Assembly (NCBI GenBank): GCA_951406725.2
Contig: OX597816.1
Span: 144,026,001 to 144,090,000 of the forward strand
Direction of reading: 5' to 3'
DNA: 64,000 nucleotides
Source of the DNA: Octopus vulgaris
Lineage: Eukaryota
The position numbers were made by a program, and so were the translations under genes. Positions 53,459-64,000 of this stretch are shown one piece after another; position 1 is the first letter of the stretch; every line of letters starts with the position of its first letter. The notes beneath the pieces were generated by a model. It was not told where the DNA came from. It worked only from the letters and a program-made list of their open reading frames with translations, and made no database searches.

Positions 53459-54950
53459 TATATGTATACAATTTGTCAAAAAATTAAACCAATGTAACTC
53501 GTGCATAGTCGTTTGAGGGTTGAGGAAGACGATTTTTGAACTAGTTTTGCCATTCACTTTCTATTATTAATAGAGGCGCACCATACTCATCCAGAGTATT
53601 TTATCAAAAATAATAAAAAATTCTATTCTGCATACGTCGTGTACAGAGTACATTTGTTACTATCAGTAGATTTTCTTCGTTATGAATGTATGAGTCTGTA
53701 TGTCCACTGCATGTTGGCATGAATTGAACGGGTCAGCTCACCTTGGCGGGTCCTCAATCAACTTGCTAGTGCTTCAGTTTGGTTTGGGTTCTTCTTAACA
53801 TCAACCGGTTTAAAGAGTGTACTGAGGGTATTTTTTTTTTCCTGATATCAGCGCTAGACATGTGACCACGTCTTCATTGTAATTAATGGGACTTTATATC
53901 TCATGTCTCTGTTCACTCGTCCACCTCTTCACAGTATAGCATGGATAACAATAATGAGAAGGATGTATGAGTGGAATTAGTGATAGGAATATTCAGCATT
54001 CAAGATAAGCGATAAGACTAGAATGACAGGATAGGGAAGTGTGGCAAAAAGTTTATGGTACTCAGGACACAAAGGGATGACAAAGTCACAGGATATACGT
54101 GAGGAAAGAAATAAGAATGTGACAGTGATACAGGGTTATTGATGACAGGTAGTGCAGGAGGGGAGGGTGAAGTGGGTACAAGTTAAAGAACGAAATTAAT
54201 ATGAAAACATGTACAAATATATATGTGCGTATATTTTATGTGGGATTTGTGCGAATTTGTGTGTATAAAAAAAGGGGCTGATAGGGAGGGAGATACTGCT
54301 GCAAAACATCCAAATTAAGCACTTTAGATGGTTCTGATAATCGAATAAGTTTATGTGATACATGTATTGTTCAACTATTGATGTAAATCTTGGAGAGGAA
54401 GAAGAAAAAATACAAACAAAATGAAAAAAAGAAACTAATTAGAAAAAGAAAGACTTTTAAAATTTGATAGTGGCAAATATCATGGGGTATGTAATTTAAG
54501 TTCTAAATTTATTTATTTTTTTTTTCTGGAATATCAGTTTTCAATAGCTTCAAAAGGAAATGAAGAGGTAAACTTCTTCAAAAAGCACAGCATGTAGGAA
54601 CAGATGTTTTTGTAAGATTATGTTTGTATGTTTGTGCACACATACGTATGAGAGAGAGAGAGAGAGAGAGACTGCACGCATGTAACACCAAGGGGTGCAG
54701 AAAAACAATAAAAATAACTTCATAATAAGGATGGTAGAGAAAATGTTCCTAATGCTTTGCACACTCACACAGTGTCAATCAGTTGTGCACTGAGAGATGC
54801 AAACAGATGAGTACTTGCACATCTGAAACAAGATCTCTACCATCCTTAATATGGGGATGACATTTTAAATGCTACAGCTAAGTTGAGAGCATGCCACACA
54901 ATTAAGACAGGTTGGCCCTCAAGTAGAAAATACTGAATAACTCCTTGCTA

Positions 54951-54986
<36 letters not shown>

Positions 54987-55149
54987 CTATAAATCTTTTG
55001 AAACAGAAATAACTAAAGTTGCATGCAGTCAGTTGCTTCATCAGTAAAATATCCATCACCATACTACTTGCTACTATCTTTAAAAATGAGGATATAATAA
55101 ATTCTAAGATACAAATTTTGTAAGGAAAAGCATTACTGCTGAGCTCCTT

Positions 55150-55440
55150 TTGAGTGTTGGGCCTCAAGGAGGCAATGACCAAGACCTTTGGCATTATGTC
55201 AGGCTTGAAAAGAAGACCCATCAAGCTGAGCAAAATTGCAGTTGTGACAGATACCAGTGTCACGCAAAAGCACCCATTACACTCACAGAGTGGTTGGCAT
55301 TAGGAAGGACATCCAACCATAGAAAACCATGCCAAATCAGACTGGATGCTGGTGCAGCCTTCCAGCATGCCAGCCCAGTCAAACCATTCAACCCATGCCA
55401 GCATGAATAACGGACGCTAAATGATGACGATGATGATGAT
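55150..55440 (+). mobile_element. RTE-family 3' end with (GAT)n tail
   Basis: LGLKEAMT/DLW remnant, family 3' UTR and GATGACGATGATGATGAT tail. Confidence 0.72.
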
Positions 55441-58298
55441 ACCTACAGGCATTTATGTTGCACATCCTTTCAAATATAGGTCTTCATAGATGTATGTTGT
55501 TTGGTAACTGGCCACCTTGCCAGTTCATTATGTGCAGGTGATATACATCAGTCTGATTACACAGACCTCTGTTATACTCTATGGCTACTTATTTTATCAA
55601 CATTAAAGGATGAAAGGTGAAGTCAACCTTGGCAGGAATTGAACTCCTGAAACAAGTCATTGACCTCATGAGTCAATGATTTGTAAATCATTTGTCAACA
55701 TTGAGTTCATGATGACATAATTCTCAGAGATTCAAACCATATAGTTGTAATTGATGGATAAATAGTGACAGTTCACTAACAATTTCATTAGCTTAAAGTG
55801 CTGTGTTCAAGTCTTTCCATAAACCTGAAGTAGCTAACAGTAAACCACTCAAGAATATTCTTCCCATGCCAAAGTTGGCTGATGATTTCTAATTTATGCA
55901 CAAAGCTCCCAGAAGAGGAGATGAATCAATGTCCTCAACACCAGTTCTTGACTGATACTCGTTTTTTATCAACACTGAAAAGATGAAAGGCAAAGTTTGC
56001 TTCAGGAAGATTTGAATTGAGAATGTACAGAGCCTGAACAAATTCAGCAAAGCATTTTTTCTATCACTAATGATTCTGTCATTTTACTGCCTAAATACCA
56101 AACAGGTTTAATCTCAAGCAACACCATCAAAAGTAGTAGAAATTAAAATGATAGCACAAGGCAGTGAGAAAACCTCTATATGAAATAGCTCAATCTACTA
56201 GAAATAGCATCCAATTCTCTCTCAAATCAAATCACCCCTTCCATCATAAAAAGAAAAACAAAGAACACATTTGATGAATGTAGTCCTAGATAGACAATGT
56301 CTAGAAAAAGAATGGGGTGGTCATGATTGAAATGCCTTTAATCATAGATTGATCAATAAAGTTTGACTTGTGGTTAAATAGAAATAACATTTATTTCAAA
56401 CACAAAATTTTCAATAACACAGCTGAGATATAGTTTAAATTTCACTTAATCTTTAAAACTTTATGAAACTAAGGCTGATTTCTTTATACATTAAATACAT
56501 TATGTCTGCAAAAGTTTTCTTGTTATGGTTAAGTACTCTTTCTCCCATTTGTACACACATTTTCAATACATACACACCAGTATGTTCATGCCTATATACT
56601 CACTTATCAATGCTTTTGCTCCTGCCCCACTCAACCTCACCCATACATGCTTGTTTTTCATAGAGATCATAATTAGAGATAGTAACAAGGACAATACAGA
56701 ACACTACATCAAGAATAAGTATGCTCAGCGTTTTATCCAACTGAATGAAAATACATATTTCAATGTAACAGCCAATGAACTAAATAGAAACCAACCATAG
56801 CAATAGTATAACATACGTACTTGAGTGCAGTTAATACAAAATAGTGTCATGTCATAAGCAATGATTTAAGCAAAAGAAAATTGTGAATGTCTCTTGCAGT
56901 CTTAGAGTGTTCTTAAAGACCAGCACTTAGCACTTGTTTGCAAATGAATGAGTGATAAGAGAAATTTATCTGTTACTGCTGGAGAGGATGTGCTTGTGCA
57001 TTTAGAATTCTCAAAGAATCTACTACTTATTCCTTATGCATTCATTTCATGATCTGCTTTCTCCCCATACCTCACAATCCTGCAATTTTTCCCTGAGCTA
57101 TTTGAACCTTTTGTGTAGTTAGTTATGAAATCTTATCTTTTCAAAAATAACTGATACAAGTACATATCAACTGCATCACATGTATAGTGTAAGGTTTACT
57201 ACCACCAATGGGTGATTATTAACTAAGATGAAAGAGCTCACCACACACAAACATAAAGCATAACTATTCCTTATAAGGTGTTACCCTGGTATTTCAACAG
57301 TTTTCACAGAAGAGATTCAAATGTTACATTTTAAAATCATCATAAATTGTGTCTTATCCTTTTTTGAAAGAGGAACAATAACAAACCCATTATGGATATC
57401 TTTCATGGTCCCCTCTCATTAAAATAAATTTGAAAAAAAAAAGCTCAATATTACATAAGAAGAGTTTCAATAATTTTTTTCCAAGTATTTCAGTAATTTT
57501 TTACAAGCTCAAGTAAATGAGACAAAAATTCCTAGTGGATAGGACACTGATCTGTCTCAGATTAACTTTTCCTTCACAGATTGGTATTTAATCATTCAGT
57601 GAGACAGTCAAACAGATTTGTGTGAGTTTGTGTGTGTATGCATATGTGTTTTAAGAATAACAATACATGTGCCAAGTATTTTTAATAGCAACCCTGCCAA
57701 TAGCACTTAATTCTCTTGACAACTCTCTTTTACACTAGCTAAAGATATAATTAACTCCCATTATTTTTAATGATCACATACAGTGGTGGTGTTGGTGCAT
57801 AGAGTACAAAGACAGACAAATTTCTAACAAGACACCCATAATTCACTGATTAATTAAAAAAACTTTACTTTTATTATTATCATCCTCGGAGGATTAGTGC
57901 TTCTCAAGGTCTTACTATATTTTCTCACTCTCTCATCTGATATATATATATAATTACAGGTTATATGTTAAAAGTTAAAACTTTAAATACCATACATATG
58001 CGAACCTGCACAATTTATATAAAAACATTTACAAGTATTAATCTAGGATAGTAAGAGAATTGGCTCATTCCTAGGACTCAAACATCGTATTTATTTATTT
58101 ATTTATGATCTGACTGGCCTGGTGCAGCCTTCGGGCTCCCCAGACCCCAGTTGAACCGTCCAACCCATGCTAGCATGGAAAGCGGACGTTAAATGATGAT
58201 GATGATGATATGCTGTAAATGACCATGTATGTTACTTATTACACCAGAGAAGTCCTACCATCATCTTTTGCCATTAAGCTGGCTATATAATGATTGTA

Positions 58299-58522
58299 CA
58301 GTGATCCCTCGACTATCGCAGGTGTTATGTTTCAAAAACCCCTGCTACAGGTGAAAATCTGTAAAGTAGAAGCAGTACTGTACTGTATATTTTTTTTTAA
58401 TTATTTTTATAATTTGTATATATTTATTTTATTATAAATGCAAGACACCACCACAGAGGAATCGATGTAAGCTTAAATAATAAGCTGCAATAAGTGAACC
58501 GCAATATGGCAAGGGATTACTG
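58299..58522. mobile_element. Tigger/pogo-like MITE (224 bp)
   Basis: TIRs CAGTGATCCCTCG / revcomp CAGTAATCCCTTG, TA both sides. Confidence 0.8.
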
Positions 58523-59744
58523 TAAAGCCTAATTTGGCAGGGTTTCTTTGGTATAATCAGAAACTGTCACTTGAAATGCATTAGAAATGAGGTGTCAAAG
58601 TCATGGGACAAACTTTCATCTTTTTCACTCCTAGATTGGTGTTCATAAATGTCATCGTGTGTAAGCGCAGGCATAGGTATATGATTAAGAAGTTCACTTT
58701 CCAACCAAATGGCTTTGGTATATGGAAACTGAAAGAAGCTCATTAAATGCATGTATGTGTGGCGTGTTAGCTCTTTGGTTATTTATATTTCAGAAAGAAT
58801 GGGCATGCATTACTTATAATCAGATCTTATGAATTGTTTATAAAGCACATTTTAGTAACTCAATTTGCATTGTCTTTATATATGTCATGCAAGCAGTGCC
58901 CTTTATTTCCAATCTTCCATGGAAACATGTCTGCTCATGGGGAAATATTACCTCATTTGGAAACAGGTGAGGATTGGTGACAGGAAGGACATCTAGTCAT
59001 AGAAGATTCAACAAAATTCCATCTGGTTCATGTGAGCATGGAAAGGTGGTGTGTGTGCGTGTACACACACACATATATAATAATCATTACCATCCTCATT
59101 TAACTGACTTACTGTACTATCGTGGGCTGAACGGACTGACACAGTCCAAGTCCTTATTGGTAACTAGAAACTTTAATGTCACTACAAATACAACCACAAT
59201 TACGGTCTCTTTATACGCAAACACACATCCTCAACATAACAAAGAGTAAATCACAAAGACTAGCCTTCTACTTGAGAGCCTGAAAATATTTTAGCCTCTA
59301 GCAAAGTTCTCATGAGATTCGCAAATGGAGTACTGCACCTATATCTGAGATGGTTGCCCCACACCTCACACACTGCATGCAAAGAAAGGTCACTTGACTG
59401 ATTAGCATGAAATCACTCACCAACACATTCCCGTCTCTAATTCACAGTTATGCTGCTCCTGTGCCTTTTCTATCCTTGAAGCTAGCTGTTTTCATGCCAT
59501 ATACATTTAGACATTCCCAACTTATTTATCAACACTCCTCTTATCTTTTATCATTTATACTGCAGCCTCTTTTCTAGGCACCACAACAATCATATTTCTC
59601 AGCCCTTCCTTCCCAGAAATGTTAACCTGTTAACCTCTGCATGTTTCCTTGTAGTTAGTTTACAACTGTTCAAGGGAGCATCAATTTCACCAGTCTAAAA
59701 GAACCTGTGAAAGCCATGGGTACAGACCCTTCTTCCAGAGCTTA

Positions 59745-60110
59745 TCTATTAAATAAAATCCGTTCTGTCTGTCTGTGTATGTGTCTTCTAGGATCTCGGG
59801 CATCCTCCATCCGATTGCACTCAAATTTGATATGTAGATACCAACGGTATCAGGGCGTGTATAAGTCTTGAAAAAATTACAAAAATCAATTCCAGGTGAG
59901 AATGCGATCGATAAAGCTGTGGGAACGTGCATTTCTACGCGCAAGTACATTAGTCGAAATCCGTCTTTTGCTGGTGTCTCAAATTAAGGTGAAATCAGTG
60001 TTTCTCAAAGGGGAGGCCTATGAGATGGTCAGACAAGTTGTTTTGAGAAAATTTGGTTTAAATGTTTGATAATTCAGCACCATCCATTGGACGGGTGGGG
60101 GAGGGGGCGT
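59745..60110 (+). mobile_element. Helitron-like element, 5' portion; 3' end unclear
   Basis: A|TCTATTAAATAAAA start followed by a (GTCT)n/(GT)n tract and CpG-retaining sequence; no CTAG terminus found. Confidence 0.4.
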
Positions 60111-60350
60111 TTAACTCATGTATATGTATATATATATACTCTTTTATTTGTTTCAGTCGTTTGACTGTGGCCATGCTGGAGCATCACCTTTTAGTTGAAG
60201 AAATTGACTCCAGGACTTATTCTTTGTAAACCTAGTACTTATTCTATCAGTCTCTTTTACCAAACTGCTAAATTACGGGGACGTAAACACACTAGCATCG
60301 GTTATCAAGCTATGGTGGGGAGACAAACACAGATACAAAAACACACACAT

Positions 60351-60397
<47 letters not shown>

Positions 60398-60401
<4 letters not shown>

Positions 60402-61170
60402 AGAAGCAATGACAAGCAAGCTACGTACGTCTATTTACACAAAGTTACATTTAATCGAAGAGAAAACTGTAAAGGAGTGTGGATATTAAGAATACATAGT
60501 CCAACTTACAAAAAAAATGATACTCCAAATAAAATAGGTAAAGTTTTCAGAAGTCCTACAGCTGTTTCAGGGAGCTTGACGGTCCTGATATATGATATTA
60601 GGGTCCCTTACTGGATGACATCCTTCTTTCTTCAGGGTAAAAATTTTGTATTAAAAATTTTTAATTTGCAGTGATGGCATGATGGAGGTTAAAGATTGAA
60701 TGATTTTATAGAGAGCTACATCTATTAGGTAGTTGGAGGTGTTTAGATAGAGAGTAGCAGAAGGACGGAGGAAATATATTTCAAGATCATAATGAGGCTA
60801 TTGATAGGAGTAAAGTGGTTTAGGTAATATATAAGTAGTTAAAGGTTAAATTAGTGAAAAAAAAACGATGGTTATTACTGAATTAAATTGTTTGATGGCA
60901 GAAAAGGGGTGTGAAGGGTGGTTAATATTGTTCATGGAAGGAGAAATTGGGTTGGTATTTTTCAAAGTAGTGGAATTTTGATAAGTGTTGTTTGAGGAGG
61001 GCGAGAAGTTCAGGAAACAGTAGGGGCGGCTGGATTGCAAACAATAGGAATAAATTTGAGAGTTTTTGGTGAGTTTAGGAAGCTAAGAGGAGGGTTAAAA
61101 AGTAGTTGACTATAATATTTGGAATAAATCTGAGATGTGTGTTATATACATTTTTATTTGTGTAGGTATC
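60398..61170 (-). mobile_element. Probable Penelope-like element terminal fragment
   Basis: Sits beside a (TA)n tract and carries a CTGAAGA...GAAAC-AGCT-GTA hammerhead-like motif on the minus strand; no intact RT or GIY-YIG frame seen. Confidence 0.4.
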
Positions 61171-61251
61171 TAAGGTGTTTGTATAAATGTGTATGTTTGC
61201 ATGTATGTAAGCACTTGACTGTAACTTATGTGTACATATATATATATATAT

Positions 61252-62610
61252 CATCATTTAACATCCGCTTTCCATGCTAGCATGAGTTGAACTGTTTTAC
61301 TGAGGACTGGCGAGCCAGATGGCTGCACCAGGCTCCAATCTGATCTGGCAGAGTTTCTACAGCTGGATGCCCTTCCTAACGCCAACCACTCCGAGAGTGT
61401 ATTGGGTGCTATTACATGCCACCGGCATGAGTGCCAGTCAGGTGATACTGGCAACAGCCATGCTCAAGTGCTGTTTTTTTACATGCCACATGCACAGGAG
61501 CCAGTCCAGCGGCACTGACAACGACCTCACTCGAATGTTTTCACGTGTCACTGGCACAAGTGCCAGTAAGGCAAATCTGGTATTGATCATGTTTGAATGG
61601 TGCTCTTTACGTGCCTCCTGCATGGAAGCCAGTTAGCTACTCTGGCAGCGATCATGCTTGGATGGTGCTCTTAGCACTCCACTGGCACGGGTACCAGTCA
61701 TCGAATTTGCAAATTTGATTTGATTTTGATTTCACTTGCCTTAACAGGTTTTTGCAAGCAGACTTTAGTGTCCAATGAAGGAAAGATATGCATAAGTGGG
61801 CTGGTTACACCCCTGTCATAGGCCACAAGTTATGGTCACACATGACTTGCTGGGTCTTCTCCAAAGGTCTCGATCACTAGTCATTGCCTCAGTGAGACCT
61901 AATGTTCGAAGGTCATGCTTCACCACCTCATCCCAGGTCTTCCTGGGTTTACCTCTTCCATATATATATATATATATATATGGGTGCTTTTTACGTGCCA
62001 CCACCACAGGGGCCAGAGTAGGCTGGCATCGACCATGATCAGTTGGTGCTTTTTACGTGCCACCGGCATGGAAGCCAGTCAAGGCGGCGCTGACATCAGC
62101 CATGTTACGATGGTGCTTTTTACGTGCCACCAGCACTGGTATCACAACTACAATTTCCATTTGATTTTCATTTTGATGTTGATGTACTTGACTCAATAGG
62201 TCTCCTCAAGCACAGCAGGTCGCCCTATGATCCAAGGTACTTTTGAATGGGCTGGGGCTGGTTATGCAAAACTGGTGTAAGATACAGCCGTGAACTCACT
62301 TTATTTGCTAGGTCTTCACAGTCACAACATATCTCCAGAAGTCTCAGTCTTTCAACATTGCCTCAGTGAGGCCTAACAATCAAAGGTCATGCTTCACCAC
62401 CCTCATCCCATGTCTTCCTGGGTCTACCTCCATCCTGGATTCCTTTAACTGTTTGGGAGTGGCACTTCTTCACACAGCTCTCCTCATCCATCCGTAGTAC
62501 ATGACCATACCAGTGCAAACGTCTCTCTTGCATGCCAGATGCAATGCTTCTTATGTTCAACGTTTCTCTCAGGGCACTTACACTCTGCTATGTGTGCACA
62601 CTGACGTCAT
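61252..62610 (-). mobile_element. Two tandem RTE LINE 3' fragments with tandem-repeat 3' UTR and (GAT)n tail
   Basis: RGKPRKTWDEVVKHDLRTLGLTEAM segment at ~61865-61960, repeated at ~62350-62435; multiple GGTGCTTTTTACGTGCCACC units. Confidence 0.8.
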
Positions 62611-62647
<37 letters not shown>

Positions 62648-63806
62648 AAATGTAGTTATGGAGTAAACATGGTCAGAAAATTTATTAATTTAATTGGCCA
62701 ATATTAAAATGTATCTTACCAACTATGTAAAAAAACTGAATCTATTGATTTTTGCCTCCATGAGTCTACTTAAATAGCAATTATCAGTCATATACAACAA
62801 TATCATTCACATCTGACTCACCATTTCAGAAAACCTGCATCAAGACAAAAAAGATATTGCTACTTCATCAGATGAGCTGCAGGAATAGCAGTTAAATCCC
62901 CAAGAAGCCATGCCCTATCATTTTAAAGGAGAAGATGTGTATCCAAGATAATGTAGTTTTAAAAAGTATGTTGATTTCTCAAATGCCTATAATTATAGGT
63001 CTGCTTAATCAAAACTGACCAGAAGCTAAAATAACAACCTGTACAACATTCCTTTCACCAGAACTAACACATACCAGACATTATATATACTCCTTCCAAA
63101 ACTCTTTCTTTTGAAATTTCTTCCCAGCTTCCCGCTTACATCAAACTTTATTTCTCTATCACTATCATCATCAACTTGAACTATACATGAGATGTTGAAA
63201 ATGGATGTATCACATATCTTCTTCTATCATCAGTGTCCAAAATTTATCAACAGTTATTGCTCCATGGTTCTCTTCAGTGTTTTAACCATGATTTTGGCAG
63301 ATGCCCTTGATTCACCCTCTAGGTGAAGATTTGGCTAACAAGCAACTCTAGGCATTATAAACAGTACAATTGTCTTCTAGCTGTCTGCATGGTCAACCAA
63401 CTTTGCAAGTCATTCAGAACATCTGAGAGTGGTGGCTGTCCAGAAATTCAGCTATAGATACAGCAACAATCCATGTATCACATAAAATGTTTTCATCAAA
63501 CTCCATATAAGTCAAATCCAACTTCATTCAACCATTCAATTGTTTGAGCTAAAAGTGAGGCTCTGGCATTATGATCAATATGTACTCTTTTTCCACAAAG
63601 TATTTAAGAAACAAACATTCTACACATCTGCCCACCTTTCTCAGACAAACATACTAACACACATGCTGACACATATAGACTCATATACATATTTACAAAT
63701 ATATCCAATGTAAACTCACACATACAAACACATTATACACATGAACATGCATACAGTAATGCAGAAAATACAGATGAGGTACAAAGAGACGAGCAGTTAT
63801 GCGGAA

Positions 63807-63855
63807 TCATTCCCAAATTGTTCCAAAAACCATGCGGGGAAAATTACTAAAATAT
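63807..63855 (-). CDS. Candidate last coding exon of an unidentified neighbouring gene: YFSNFPRMVFGTIWE* (alternative frame ILVIFPAWFLEQFGNDSA*, ending 63797)
   Basis: Acceptor-like GTTTGTTTTGATGCAG|, short non-repetitive CpG-containing segment, then UG-rich UTR-like sequence; no protein recognised. Confidence 0.3.
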
Positions 63856-64000
63856 CTGCATCAAAACAAACATGAATGTTATATAGCAATACTTTCTTGC
63901 AAATTGTACACTCATCCACCTCTTGAGTTATTTAATATATTTTTCAGAACCATTCTTCCAGAAGAAAATAAAAGAAAATATCCCAGGTCATAAATTTTGA

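Overview
AT-rich animal genomic DNA dense in (TA)n/(CA)n microsatellites, tRNA-derived SINEs, RTE-type LINE fragments and DNA transposons. The repeat families look like those of octopus (coleoid cephalopod); this is inferred from memory of those families, not from a search. The main feature is one complete minus-strand spliced gene, a PHTF1/PHTF2 (putative homeodomain transcription factor, multi-pass membrane protein) homolog. I assembled it by hand: a probable non-coding first exon at ~49.7 kb and 16 coding exons from 49433 to 8544. All splice phases are compatible, giving a 2745-nt CDS (914 aa, or 907 aa from the second ATG), and one intron has a GC donor. Its introns hold a full-length decayed mariner nested in an RTE LINE, a full-length decayed Tc1 element and several MITEs; Helitron-like elements lie upstream of the gene. 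Most ORFs in the supplied track are spurious (microsatellite or repeat derived). I found no convincing new multi-gene system. The best leads are RNA-structural or regulatory: a locally duplicated ~210-nt inverted intronic pair bracketing four exons (circRNA/ADAR candidate), a degenerate tandem repeat right after the stop codon, a Penelope-type hammerhead-like motif, long fold-backs, a uORF, a candidate alternative exon, and a possible last exon of a neighbouring gene at the right edge.
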